A stretch of DNA of 64,000 nt from Auanema rhodensis (lineage: Eukaryota; Animalia; Nematoda). Of this stretch, positions 26,931 through 39,310 are shown piece by piece. The notes below the pieces were generated by a model. It ran no database searches. It saw nothing but the letters and a program-made list of their open reading frames with translations, and had not been told where the DNA came from. The number at the start of each line of letters is the position of its first letter. Within the stretch, counting starts at the first letter, position 1. Position numbers and translations under genes: made by a program. Location: positions 19,964,001-20,028,000 of the forward strand of contig OZ059900.1 in the NCBI GenBank assembly GCA_964057225.1, in the 5' to 3' direction.

Positions 26931-29900
26931 TTGAGCTAGGTTTCATTGACATTGCATGAGTTTGAACACATGAAATCGTAAGTCAAAACCTTGTTCACAG
27001 CGAAATTTCCAAAAACTGGTTTTCCAGCATAATAAAATATTTCTCATGGGAAATACTGTGTTTTTGTATTTTTCTAGTGTTCAGCATGTTAAATTCTTCA
27101 TTTTAGTATGTAACACGCTGAAATTCGTTGCATTTGACGACTCATATGAACAAAAATCGATTTAATCAATATTAGCCATAAGGGGCGTGCCCTCAGAATA
27201 TGCTAATTTCCTTAATTTTCTAACCCCTGTTTTTTTGTCGTGAAAGTGGAACTAGACGTTGTACGAACAATTTTGAGCTAGGTTTCATTGACATTGCATG
27301 AGTTTGAACACATGAAATCGTAAGTCAAAACCTTGTTTACAGCGAAATTTCCAAAAACTGGTTTTCCAGCATAATAAAATATTTCTCATGGGAAATACTG
27401 TGTTTTTGTATTTTTCTAGTGTTCAGCATGTAAAATGCTTCATTTTAGTATGTAACACGCTGAAATTCGTTGCATTTGACGACTCATATGAACAAAAATC
27501 GATTTAATCAATATTAGCCATAAGGGGCGTGCCCTCAGAATATGCTAATTTCCCTAATTTTCTAACCCCTGTTTTTTTGTCGTGAAAGTGGAACTAGACG
27601 TTGTACGAACAATTTTGAGCTAGGTTTCATTGACATTGCATGAGTTTGAACACATGAAATCGTAAGTCAAAACCTTGTTTACAGCGAAATTTCCAAAAAC
27701 TGGTTTTCCAGCATAATAAAATATTTCTCATGGGAAATACTGTGTTTTTGTATTTTTCTAGTGTTCAGCATGTAAAATGCTTCATTTTAGTATGTAATAC
27801 GCTGAAATTCGTTGCATTTGACGACTCATATGAACAAAAATCGATTTAATCAATATTAGCCATAAGGGGCGTGCCCTCAGAATATGCTAATTTCCTTAAT
27901 TTTCTAACCCCTGTTTTTTTGTCGTGAAAGTGGAACTAGACGTTGTACGAACAATTTTGAACTAGGTTTCATTGACATTGCATGAGTTTGAACACATGAA
28001 ATCGTAAGTCAAAACCTTGTTTACAGCGAAATTTCCAAAAACTGGTTTTCCAGCATAATAAAATATTTCTCATGGGAAATACTGTGTTTTTGTATTTTTC
28101 TAGTGTTCAGCATGTAAAATTCTTCATTTTAGTTTGTAACACGCTGAAATTCGTTGCATTTGACGACTCATATGAACAAAAATCGATTTAATCAATATTA
28201 GCCATAAGGGGCGTGCCCTCAGAATATGCTAATTTCCTTAATTTTCTAACCCCTGTTTTTTTGTCGTGAAAGTGGAACTAGACGTTGTACGAACAATTTT
28301 GAGCTAGGTTTCATTGACATTGCATGAGTTTGAACACATGAAATCGTAAGTCAAAACCTTGTTTACAGCGAAATTTCCAAAAACTGGTTTTCCAGCATAA
28401 TAAAATATTTCTCATGGGAAATACTGTGTTTTTGTATTTTTCTAGTGTTCAGCATGTAAAATGCTTCATTTTAGTATGTAACACGCTGAAATTCGTTGCA
28501 TTTGACGACTCATATGAACAAAAATCGATTTAATCAATATTAGCCATAAGGGGCGTGCCCTCAGAATATGCTAATTTCCCTAATTTTCTAACCACTGTTT
28601 TTTTGTCGTGAAAGTGGAACTAGACGTTGTACGAACAACTTTGAGCTAGGTTTCATTGACATTGCATGAGTTTGAACACATGAAATCGTAAGTCAAAACC
28701 TTGTTTACAGCGAAATTTCCAAAAACTGGTTTTCCAGCATAATAAAATATTTCTCATGGGAAATACTGTGTTTTTGTATTTTTTTAGTGTTCAGCATGTA
28801 AAATGCTTCATTTTAGTATGTAACACGCTGAAATTCGTTGCATTTGACGACTCATATGAACAAAAATCGATTTAATCAATATTAGCCATAAGGGGCGTGC
28901 CCTCAGAATATGCTAATTTCCCTAATTTTCTAACCCCTGTTTTTTTGTCGTGAAAGTGGAACTAGACGTTGTACGAACAATTTTGAGCTAGGTTTCATTG
29001 ACATTGCATGAGTTTGAACACATGAAATCGTAAGTCAAAACCTTGTTTACAGCGAAATTTCCAAAAACTGGTTTTCCAGCATAATAAAATATTTCTCATG
29101 GGAAATACTGTGTTTTTGTATTTTTCTAGTGTTCAGCATGTAAAATGCTTCATTTTAGTATGTAACACGCTGAAATTCGTTGCATTTGACGACTCATATG
29201 AACAAAAATCGATTTAATCAATATTAGCCATAAGGGGCGTGCCCTCAGAATATGCTAATTTCCTTAATTTTCTAACCCCTGTTTTTTTGTCGTGAAAGTG
29301 GAACTAGACGTTGTACGAACAATTTTGAGCTAGGTTTCATTGACATTGCATGAGTTTGAACACATGAAATCGTAAGTCAAAACCTTGTTTACAGCGAAAT
29401 TTCCAAAAACTGGTTTTCCAGCATAATAAAATATTTCTCATGGGAAATACTGTGTTTTTGTATTTTTCTAGTGTTCAGCATGTAAAATGCTTCATTTTAG
29501 TATGTAACACGCTGAAATTCGTTGCATTTGACGACTCATATGAACAAAAATCGATTTAATCAATATTAGCCATAAGGGGCGTGCCCTCAGAATATGCTAA
29601 TTTCCTTAATTTTCTAACCCCTGTTTTTTTGTCGTGAAAGTGGAACTAGACGTTGTACGAACAATTTTGAGCTAGGTTTCATTGACATTGCATGAGTTTG
29701 AACACATGAAATCGTAAGTCAAAACCTTGTTTACAGCGAAATTTCCAAAAACTGGTTTTCCAGCATTATAAAATATTTCTCATGGGAAATACTGTGTTTT
29801 TGTATTTTTCCAGTGTTCAGCATGTAAAATGCTTCATTTTAGTATGTAACACGCTGAAATTCGTTGCATTTGACGACTCATATGAACAAAAATCGATTTA

Positions 29901-32900
29901 ATCAATATTAGCCATAAGGGGCGTGCCCTCAGAATATGCTAATTTCCTTAATTTTCTAACCCCTGTTTTTTTGTCGTGAAAGTGGAACTAGACGTTGTAC
30001 GAACAATTTTGAGCTAGGTTTCATTGACATTGCATGAGTTTGAACACATGAAATCGTAAGTCAAAACCTTGTTCACAGCGAAATTTCCAAAAACTGGTTT
30101 TCCAGCATAATAAAATATTTCTCATGGGAAATACTGTGTTTTTGTATTTTTCTAGTGTTCAGCATGTAAAATTCTTCATTTTAGTATGTAACACGCTGAA
30201 ATTCGTTGCATTTGACGACTCATATGAACAAAAATCGATTTAATCAATATTAGCCATAAGGGGCGTGCCCTCAGAATATGCTAATTTCCTTAATTTTCTA
30301 ACCCCTGTTTTTTTGTCGTGAAAGTGGAACTAGACGTTGTACGAACAATTTTGAGCTAGGTTTCATTGACATTGCATGAGTTTGAACACATGAAATCGTA
30401 AGTCAAAACCTTGTTTACAGCGAAATTTCCAAAAACTGGTTTTCCAGCATAATAAAATATTTCTCATGGGAAATACTGTGTTTTTGTATTTTTCTAGTGT
30501 TCAGCATGTAAAATGCTTCATTTTAGTATGTAACACGCTGAAATTCGTTGCATTTGACGACTCATATGAACAAAAATCGATTTAATCAATATTAGCCATA
30601 AGGGGCGTGCCCTCAGAATATGCTAATTTCCCTAATTTTCTAACCCCTGTTTTTTTGTCGTGAAAGTGGAACTAGACGTTGTACGAACAATTTTGAGCTA
30701 GGTTTCATTGACATTGCATGAGTTTGAACACATGAAATCGTAAGTCAAAACCTTGTTTACAGCGAAATTTCCAAAAACTGGTTTTCCAGCATAATAAAAT
30801 ATTTCTCATGGGAAATACTGTGTTTTTGTATTTTTCTAGTGTTCAGCATGTAAAATGCTTCATTTTAGTATGTAATACGCTGAAATTCGTTGCATTTGAC
30901 GACTCATATGAACAAAAATCGATTTAATCAATATTAGCCATAAGGGGCGTGCCCTCAGAATATGCTAATTTCCTTAATTTTCTAACCCCTGTTTTTTTGT
31001 CGTGAAAGTGGAACTAGACGTTGTACGAACAATTTTGAGCTAGGTTTCATTGACATTGCATGAGTTTGAACACATGAAATCGTAAGTCAAAACCTTGTTT
31101 ACAGCGAAATTTCCAAAAACTGGTTTTCCAGCATAATAAAATATTTCTCATGGGAAATACTGTGTTTTTGTATTTTTCTAGTGTTCAGCATGTAAAATGC
31201 TTCATTTTAGTATGTAACACGCTGAAATTCGTTGCATTTGACGACTCATATGAACAAAAATCGATTTAATCAATATTAGCCATAAGGGGCGTGCCCTCAG
31301 AATATGCTAATTTCCTTAATTTTCTAACCCCTGTTTTTTTGTCGTGAAAGTGGAACTAGACGTTGTACGAACAATTTTGAGCTAGGTTTCATTGACATTG
31401 CATGAGTTTGAACACATGAAATCGTAAGTCAAAACCTTGTTTACAGCGAAATTTCCAAAAACTGGTTTTCCAGCATAATAAAATATTTCTCATGGGAAAT
31501 ACTGTGTTTTTGTATTTTTCTAGTGTTCAGCATGTAAAATGCTTCATTTTAGTATGTAACACGCTGAAATTCGTTGCATTTGACGACTCATATGAACAAA
31601 AATCGATTTAATCAATATTAGCCATAAGGGGCGTGCCCTCAGAATATGCTAATTTCCTTAATTTTCTAACCCCTGTTTTTTTGTCGTGAAAGTGGAACTA
31701 GACGTTGTACGAACAATTTTGAGCTAGGTTTCATTGACATTGCATGAGTTTGAACACATGAAATCGTAAGTCAAAACCTTGTTTACAGCGAAATTTCCAA
31801 AAACTGGTTTTCCAGCATAATAAAATATTTCTCATGGGAAATACTGTGTTTTTGTATTTTTCCAGTGTTCAGCATGTAAAATGCTTCATTTTAGTATGTA
31901 ACACGCTGAAATTCGTTGCATTTGACGACTCATATGAACAAAAATCGATTTAATCAATATTAGCCATAAGGGGCGTGCCCTCAGAATATGCTAATTTCCT
32001 TAATTTTCTAACCCCTGTTTTTTTGTCGTGAAAGTGGAACTAGACGTTGTACGAACAATTTTGAGCTAGGTTTCATTGACATTGCATGAGTTTGAACACA
32101 TGAAATCGTAAGTCAAAACCTTGTTCACAGCGAAATTTCCAAAAACTGGTTTTCCAGCATAATAAAATATTTCTCATGGGAAATACTGTGTTTTTGTATT
32201 TTTCTAGTGTTCAGCATGTTAAATTCTTCATTTTAGTATGTAACACGCTGAAATTCGTTGCATTTGACGACTCATATGAACAAAAATCGATTTAATCAAT
32301 ATTAGCCATAAGGGGCGTGCCCTCAGAATATGCTAATTTCCTTAATTTTCTAACCCCTGTTTTTTTGTCGTGAAAGTGGAACTAGACGTTGTACGAACAA
32401 TTTTGAGCTAGGTTTCATTGACATTGCATGAGTTTGAACACATGAAATCGTAAGTCAAAACCTTGTTTACAGCGAAATTTCCAAAAACTGGTTTTCCAGC
32501 ATAATAAAATATTTCTCATGGGAAATACTGTGTTTTTGTATTTTTCTAGTGTTCAGCATGTAAAATGCTTCATTTTAGTATGTAACACGCTGAAATTCGT
32601 TGCATTTGACGACTCATATGAACAAAAATCGATTTAATCAATATTAGCCATAAGGGGCGTGCCCTCAGAATATGCTAATTTCCCTAATTTTCTAACCCCT
32701 GTTTTTTTGTCGTGAAAGTGGAACTAGACGTTGTACGAACAATTTTGAGCTAGGTTTCATTGACATTGCATGAGTTTGAACACATGAAATCGTAAGTCAA
32801 AACCTTGTTTACAGCGAAATTTCCAAAAACTGGTTTTCCAGCATAATAAAATATTTCTCATGGGAAATACTGTGTTTTTGTATTTTTCTAGTGTTCAGCA

Positions 32901-33770
32901 TGTAAAATGCTTCATTTTAGTATGTAATACGCTGAAATTCGTTGCATTTGACGACTCATATGAACAAAAATCGATTTAATCAATATTAGCCATAAGGGGC
33001 GTGCCCTCAGAATATGCTAATTTCCTTAATTTTCTAACCCCTGTTTTTTTGTCGTGAAAGTGGAACTAGACGTTGTACGAACAATTTTGAACTAGGTTTC
33101 ATTGACATTGCATGAGTTTGAACACATGAAATCGTAAGTCAAAACCTTGTTTACAGCGAAATTTCCAAAAACTGGTTTTCCAGCATAATAAAATATTTCT
33201 CATGGGAAATACTGTGTTTTTGTATTTTTCTAGTGTTCAGCATGTAAAATGCTTCATTTTAGTTTGTAACACGCTGAAATTCGTTGCATTTGACGACTCA
33301 TATGAACAAAAATCGATTTAATCAATATTAGCCATAAGGGGCGTGCCCTCAGAATATGCTAATTTCCTTAATTTTCTAACCCCTGTTTTTTTGTCGTGAA
33401 AGTGGAACTAGACGTTGTACGAACAATTTTGAGCTAGGTTTCATTGACATTGCATGAGTTTGAACACATGAAATCGTAAGTCAAAACCTTGTTTACAGCG
33501 AAATTTCCAAAAACTGGTTTTCCAGCATAATAAAATATTTCTCATGGGAAATACTGTGTTTTTGTATTTTTCTAGTGTTCAGCATGTAAAATGCTTCATT
33601 TTAGTATGTAACACGCTGAAATTCGTTGCATTTGACGACTCATATGAACAAAAATCGATTTAATCAATATTAGCCATAAGGGGCGTGCCCTCAGAATATG
33701 CTAATTTCCCTAATTTTCTACCCCCTGTTTTTTTGTCGTGAAAGTGGAACTAGACGTTGTACGAACAATT
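26931..33770 (+). repeat. Nested HOR: 15-monomer (5130 bp) periodicity composed of 9+6 monomer subunits
   Basis: GTTCAC at 26996/30074/32126 and GTAATAC at 27798/30876/32928. TTGAACTA (27961/33091), ATGTTAAA (27090/32220) and AGTTTGT (28134/33264) recur only at the 5130 offset. Confidence 0.85.
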
Positions 33771-36700
33771 TTGAGCTAGGTTTCATTGACATTGCATGAG
33801 TTTGAACACATGAAATCGTAAGTCAAAACCTTGTTTACAGCGAAATTTCCAAAAACTGGTTTTCCAGCATAATAAAATATTTCTCATGGGAAATACTGTG
33901 TTTTTGTATTTTTCTAGTGTTCAGCATGTAAAATGCTTCATTTTAGTATGTAACACGCTGAAATTCGTTGCATTTGACGACTCATATGAACAAAAATCGA
34001 TTTAATCAATATTAGCCATAAGGGGCGTGCCCTTAGAATATGATAATTTCCTTAATTTTCTAACCCCTGTTTTTTTGTCGTGAAAGTGGAACTAGACGTT
34101 GTACGAACAATTTTGAGCTAGGTTTCATTGACATTGCATGAGTTTGAACACATGAAATCGTAAGTCAAAACCTTGTTTACAGCGAAATTTCCAAAAACTG
34201 GTTTTCCAGCATAATAAAATATTTCTCATGGGAAATACTGTGTTTTTGTATTTTTCTAGTGTTCAGCATGTAAAATGCTTCATTTTAGTATGTAACACGC
34301 TGAAATTCGTTGCATTTGACGACTCATATGAACAAAAATCGATTTAATCAATATTAGCCATAAGGGGCGTGCCCTTAGAATATGATAATTTCCTTAATTT
34401 TCTAACCCCTGTTTTTTTGTCGTGAAAGTGGAACTAGACGTTGTACGAACAATTTTGAGCTAGGTTTCATTGACATTGCATGAGTTTGAACACATGAAAT
34501 CGTAAGTCAAAACCTTGTTTACAGCGAAATTTCCAAAAACTGGTTTTCCAGCATAATAAAATATTTCTCATGGGAAATACTGTGTTTTTGTATTTTTCTA
34601 GTGTTCAGCATGTAAAATGCTTCATTTTAGTATGTAACACGCTGAAATTCGTTGCATTTGACGACTCATATGAACAAAAATCGATTTAATCAATATTAGC
34701 CATAAGGGGCGTGCCCTCAGAATATGATAATTTCCTTAATTTTCTAACCCCTGTTTTTTTGTCGTGAAAGTGGAACTAGACGTTGTACGAACAATTTTGA
34801 GCTAGGTTTCATTGACATTGCATGAGTTTGAACACATGAAATCGTAAGTCAAAACCTTGTTTACAGCGAAATTTCCAAAAACTGGTTTTCCAGCATAATA
34901 AAATATTTCTCGTGGGAAATACTGTGTTTTTGTATTTTTCTAGTGTTCAGCATGTAAAATGCTTCATTTTAGTATGTAACACGCTGAAATTCGTTGCATT
35001 TGACGACTCATATGAACAAAAATCGATTTAATCAATATTAGCCATAAGGGGCGTGCCCTCAGAATATGCTAATTTCCCTAATTTTCTACCCCCTGTTTTT
35101 TTGTCGTGAAAGTGGAACTAGACGTTGTACGAACAATTTTGAGCTAGGTTTCATTGACATTGCATGAGTTTGAACACATGAAATCGTAAGTCAAAACCTT
35201 GTTTACAGCGAAATTTCCAAAAACTGGTTTTCCAGCATAATAAAATATTTCTCATGGGAAATACTGTGTTTTTGTATTTTTCTAGTGTTCAGCATGTAAA
35301 ATGCTTCATTTTAGTATGTAACACGCTGAAATTCGTTGCATTTGACGACTCATATGAACAAAAATCGATTTAATCAATATTAGCCATAAGGGGCGTGCCC
35401 TCAGAATATGCTAATTTCCTTAATTTTCTAACCCCTGTTTTTTTGTCGTGAAAGTGGAACTAGACGTTGTACGAACAATTTTGAGCTAGGTTTCATTGAC
35501 ATTGCATGAGTTTGAACACATGAAATCGTAAGTCAAAACCTTGTTTACAGCGAAATTTCCAAAAACTGGTTTTCCAGCATAATAAAATATTTCTCATGGG
35601 AAATACTGTGTTTTTGTATTTTTCTAGTGTTCAGCATGTAAAATGCTTCATTTTAGTATGTAACACGCTGAAATTCGTTGCATTTGACGACTCATATGAA
35701 CAAAAATCGATTTAATCAATATTAGCCATAAGGGGCGTGCCCTCAGAATATGCTAATTTCCTTAATTTTCTAACCCCTGTTTTTTTGTCGTGAAAGTGGA
35801 ACTAGACGTTGTACGAACAATTTTGAGCTAGGTTTCATTGACATTGCATGAGTTTGAACACATGAAATCGTAAGTCAAAACCTTGTTTACAGCGAAATTT
35901 CCAAAAACTGGTTTTCCAGCATAATAAAATATTTCTCATGGGAAATACTGTGTTTTTGTATTTTTCTAGTGTTCAGCATGTAAAATGCTTCATTTTAGTA
36001 TGTAACACGCTGAAATTCGTTGCATTTGACGACTCATATGAACAAAAATCGGTTTAATCAATATTAGCCATAAGGGGCGTGCCCTCAGAATATGCTAATT
36101 TCCTTAATTTTCTAACCCCTGTTTTTCTGTCGTGAAAGTGGAACTAGACGTTGTACGAACAATTTTGAGCTAGGTTTCATTGACATTGCATGAGTTTGAA
36201 CACATGAAATCGTAAGTCAAAACCTTGTTTACAGCGAAATTTCCAAAAACTGGTTTTCCAGCATAATAAAATATTTCTCATGGGAAATACTGTGTTTTTG
36301 TTTTTTTCCAGTGTTCAGCATGTAAAATGCTTCATTTTAGTATGTAACACGCTGAAATTCGTTGCATTTGACGACTCATATGAACAAAAATCGATTTAAT
36401 CAATATTAGCCATAAGGGGCGTGCCCTCAGAATATGATAATTTCCTTAATTTTCTAACCCCTGTTTTTTTGTCGTGAAAGTGGAACTAGACGTTGTACGA
36501 ACAATTTTGAGCTAGGTTTCATTGACATTGCATGAGTTTGAACACATGAAATCGTAAGTCAAAACCTTGTTTACAGCGAAATTTCCAAAAACTGGTTTTC
36601 CAGCATAATAAAATATTTCTCATGGGAAATACTATGTTTTTGTATTTTTCTAGTGTTCAGCATGTAAAATGTTTCATTTTAGTATGTAACACGCTGAAAT

Positions 36701-39280
36701 TCGTTGCATTTGACGACTCATATGAACAAAAATCGATTTAATCAATATTAGCCATAAACGGCGTGCCCTCAGAATATGCTAATTTCCTTAATTTTCTAAC
36801 CCCTGTTTTTTTGTCGTGAAAGTGGAACTAGACGTTGTACGAACAATTTTGAGCTGGGTTTCATTGACATTGCATGAGTTTGAACACATGAAATCGTAAG
36901 TCAAAACCTTGTTTACAGCGAAATTTCCAAAAACTGGTTTTCCAGCATAATAAAATATTTCTCATGGGAAATACTGTGTTTTTGTATTTTTCTAGTGTTC
37001 AGCATGTAAAATGCTTCATTTTAGTATGTAACACGCTGAAATTCGTTGCATTTGACGACTCATATGAACAAAAATCGATTTAATCAATATTAGCCATAAG
37101 GGGCGTGCCCTCAGAATATGCTAATTTCCCTAATTTTCTAACCCCTGTTTTTTTGTCGTGAAAGTGGAACTAGACGTTGTACGAACAATTTTGAGCTAGG
37201 TTTCATTGACATTGCATGAGTTTGAACACATGAAATCGTAAGTCAAAACCTTGTTTACAGCGAAATTTCCAAAAACTGGTTTTCCAGCATAATAAAATAC
37301 TTCTCATGGGAAATACTGTGTTTTTGTATTTTTCTAGTGTTCAGCATGTAAAATGCTTCATTTTAGTATGTAACACGCTGAAATTCGTTGCATTTGACGA
37401 CTCATATGAACAAAAATCGATTTAATCAATATTAGCCATAAGGGGCGTGCCCTCAGAATATGCTAATTTCCCTAATTTTCTAACCCCTGTTTTTTTGTCG
37501 TGAAAGTGGAACTAGACGTTGTACGAACAATTTTGAGCTAGGTTTCATTGACATTGCATGAGTTTGAACACATGAAATCGTAAGTCAAAACCTTGTTTAC
37601 AGCGAAATTTCCAAAAACTGGTTTTCCAGCATAATAAAATATTTCTCATGGGAAATACTGTGTTTTTGTATTTTTCTAGTGTTCAGCATGTAAAATGCTT
37701 CATTTTAGTATGTAACACGCTGAAATTCGTTGCATTTGACGACTCATATGAACAAAAATCGATTTAATCAATATTAGCCATAAGGGGCGTGCCCTCAGAA
37801 TATGCTAATTTCCCTAATTTTCTACCCCCTGTTTTTTTGTCGTGAAAGTGGAACTAGACGTTGTACGAACAATTTTGAGCTAGGTTTCATTGACATTGCA
37901 TGAGTTTGAACACATGAAATCGTAAGTCAAAACCTTGTTTACAGCGAAATTTCCAAAAACTGGTTTTCCAGCATAATAAAATATTTCTCATGGGAAATAC
38001 TGTGTTTTTGTATTTTTCTAGTGTTCAGCATGTAAAATGCTTCATTTTAGTATGTAACACGCTGAAATTCGTTGCATTTGACGACTCATATGAACAAAAA
38101 TCGATTTAATCAATATTAGCCATAAGGGGCGTGCCCTCAGAATATGCTAATTTCCTTAATTTTCTAACCCCTGTTTTTTTGTCGTGAAAGTGGAACTAGA
38201 CGTTGTACGAACAATTTTGAGCTAGGTTTCATTGACATTGCATGAGTTTGAACACATGAAATCGTAAGTCAAAACCTTGTTTACAGCGAAATTTCCAAAA
38301 ACTGGTTTTCCAGCATAATAAAATATTTCTCATGGGAAATACTGTGTTTTTGTATTTTTCTAGTGTTCAGCATGTAAAATGCTTCATTTTAGTATGTAAC
38401 ACGCTAAAATTCGTTGCCTTTGACGACTCATATGAACAAAAATCGATTTAATCAATATTAGCCATAAGGGGCGTGCCCTCAGAATATGCTAATTTCCTTA
38501 ATTTTCTAACCCCTGTTTTTTTGTCGTGAAAGTGGAACTAGACGTTGTACGAACAATTTTGAGCTAGGTTTCATTGACATTGCATGAGTTTGAACACATG
38601 AAATCGTAAGTCAAAACCTTGTTTACAGCGAAATTTCCAAAAACTGGTTTTCCAGCATAATAAAATATTTCTCATGGGAAATACTGTGTTTTGTATTTTT
38701 CTAGTGTTCAGCTTGTAAAATGTTTCATTTTAGTATGTAACACGCTGAAATTCGTTGCATTTGACGACTCATATGAACAAAAATCGATTTAATCAATATT
38801 AGCCATAAGGGGCGTGCCCTCAGAATATGCTAATTTCCCTAATTTTCTAACCCTTGTTTTTCTGTCGTGAAAGTGGAACTAGACGTTGTACGAACAATTT
38901 TGAGCTAGGTTTCATTGACATTGCATGAGTTTGAACACATGAAATCGTAAGTCAAAACCTTGTTTACAGCGAAATTTCCAAAAACTGGTTTTCCAGCTTA
39001 ATAAAATATTTCTCATGGGAAATACTGTGTTTTTGTATTTTTCTAGTGTTCAGCATGTAAAATGCTTCATTTTAGTATGTAACACGCTGAAATTCGTTGC
39101 ATTTGACGACTCATATGAACAAAAATCGATTTAATCAATATTAGCCATAAGGGGCGTGCCCTCAGAATATGCTAATTTCCTTAATTTTCTAACCCCTGTT
39201 TTTTTGTCGTGAAAGTGGAACTAGACGTTGTACGAACAATTTTGAGCTAGGTTTCATTGACATTGCATGAGTTTGAACAC

Positions 39281-39310
39281 ATGAAATCGTAAAACGAATT
39301 CCAGCGTGTT
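39281..39310. other. Orientation-switch (inversion) junction between 39292 and 39293
   Basis: ...ATGAAATCGTAA|AACGAATTCCAGCGTGTTAC...: the + monomer ends at position 51 and the - monomer starts at position 199. There is no insertion and no overlap. A private T>C substitution lies at 39301. Confidence 0.97.

Larger units (their letters stand above)
1..39292 (+). repeat. Satellite DNA array, left arm: 115 head-to-tail 342-bp monomers plus a 51-bp partial monomer
   Basis: TTGAGCTAGGTTTCATTGAC... recurs at 1, 343, 685 and onwards. The last monomer starts at 39242 = 1+115x342-89, which matches the indels seen (+1, six -1, two -42). Strand is arbitrary and defined by the first monomer. The array continues beyond the left edge. 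Confidence 0.99.
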
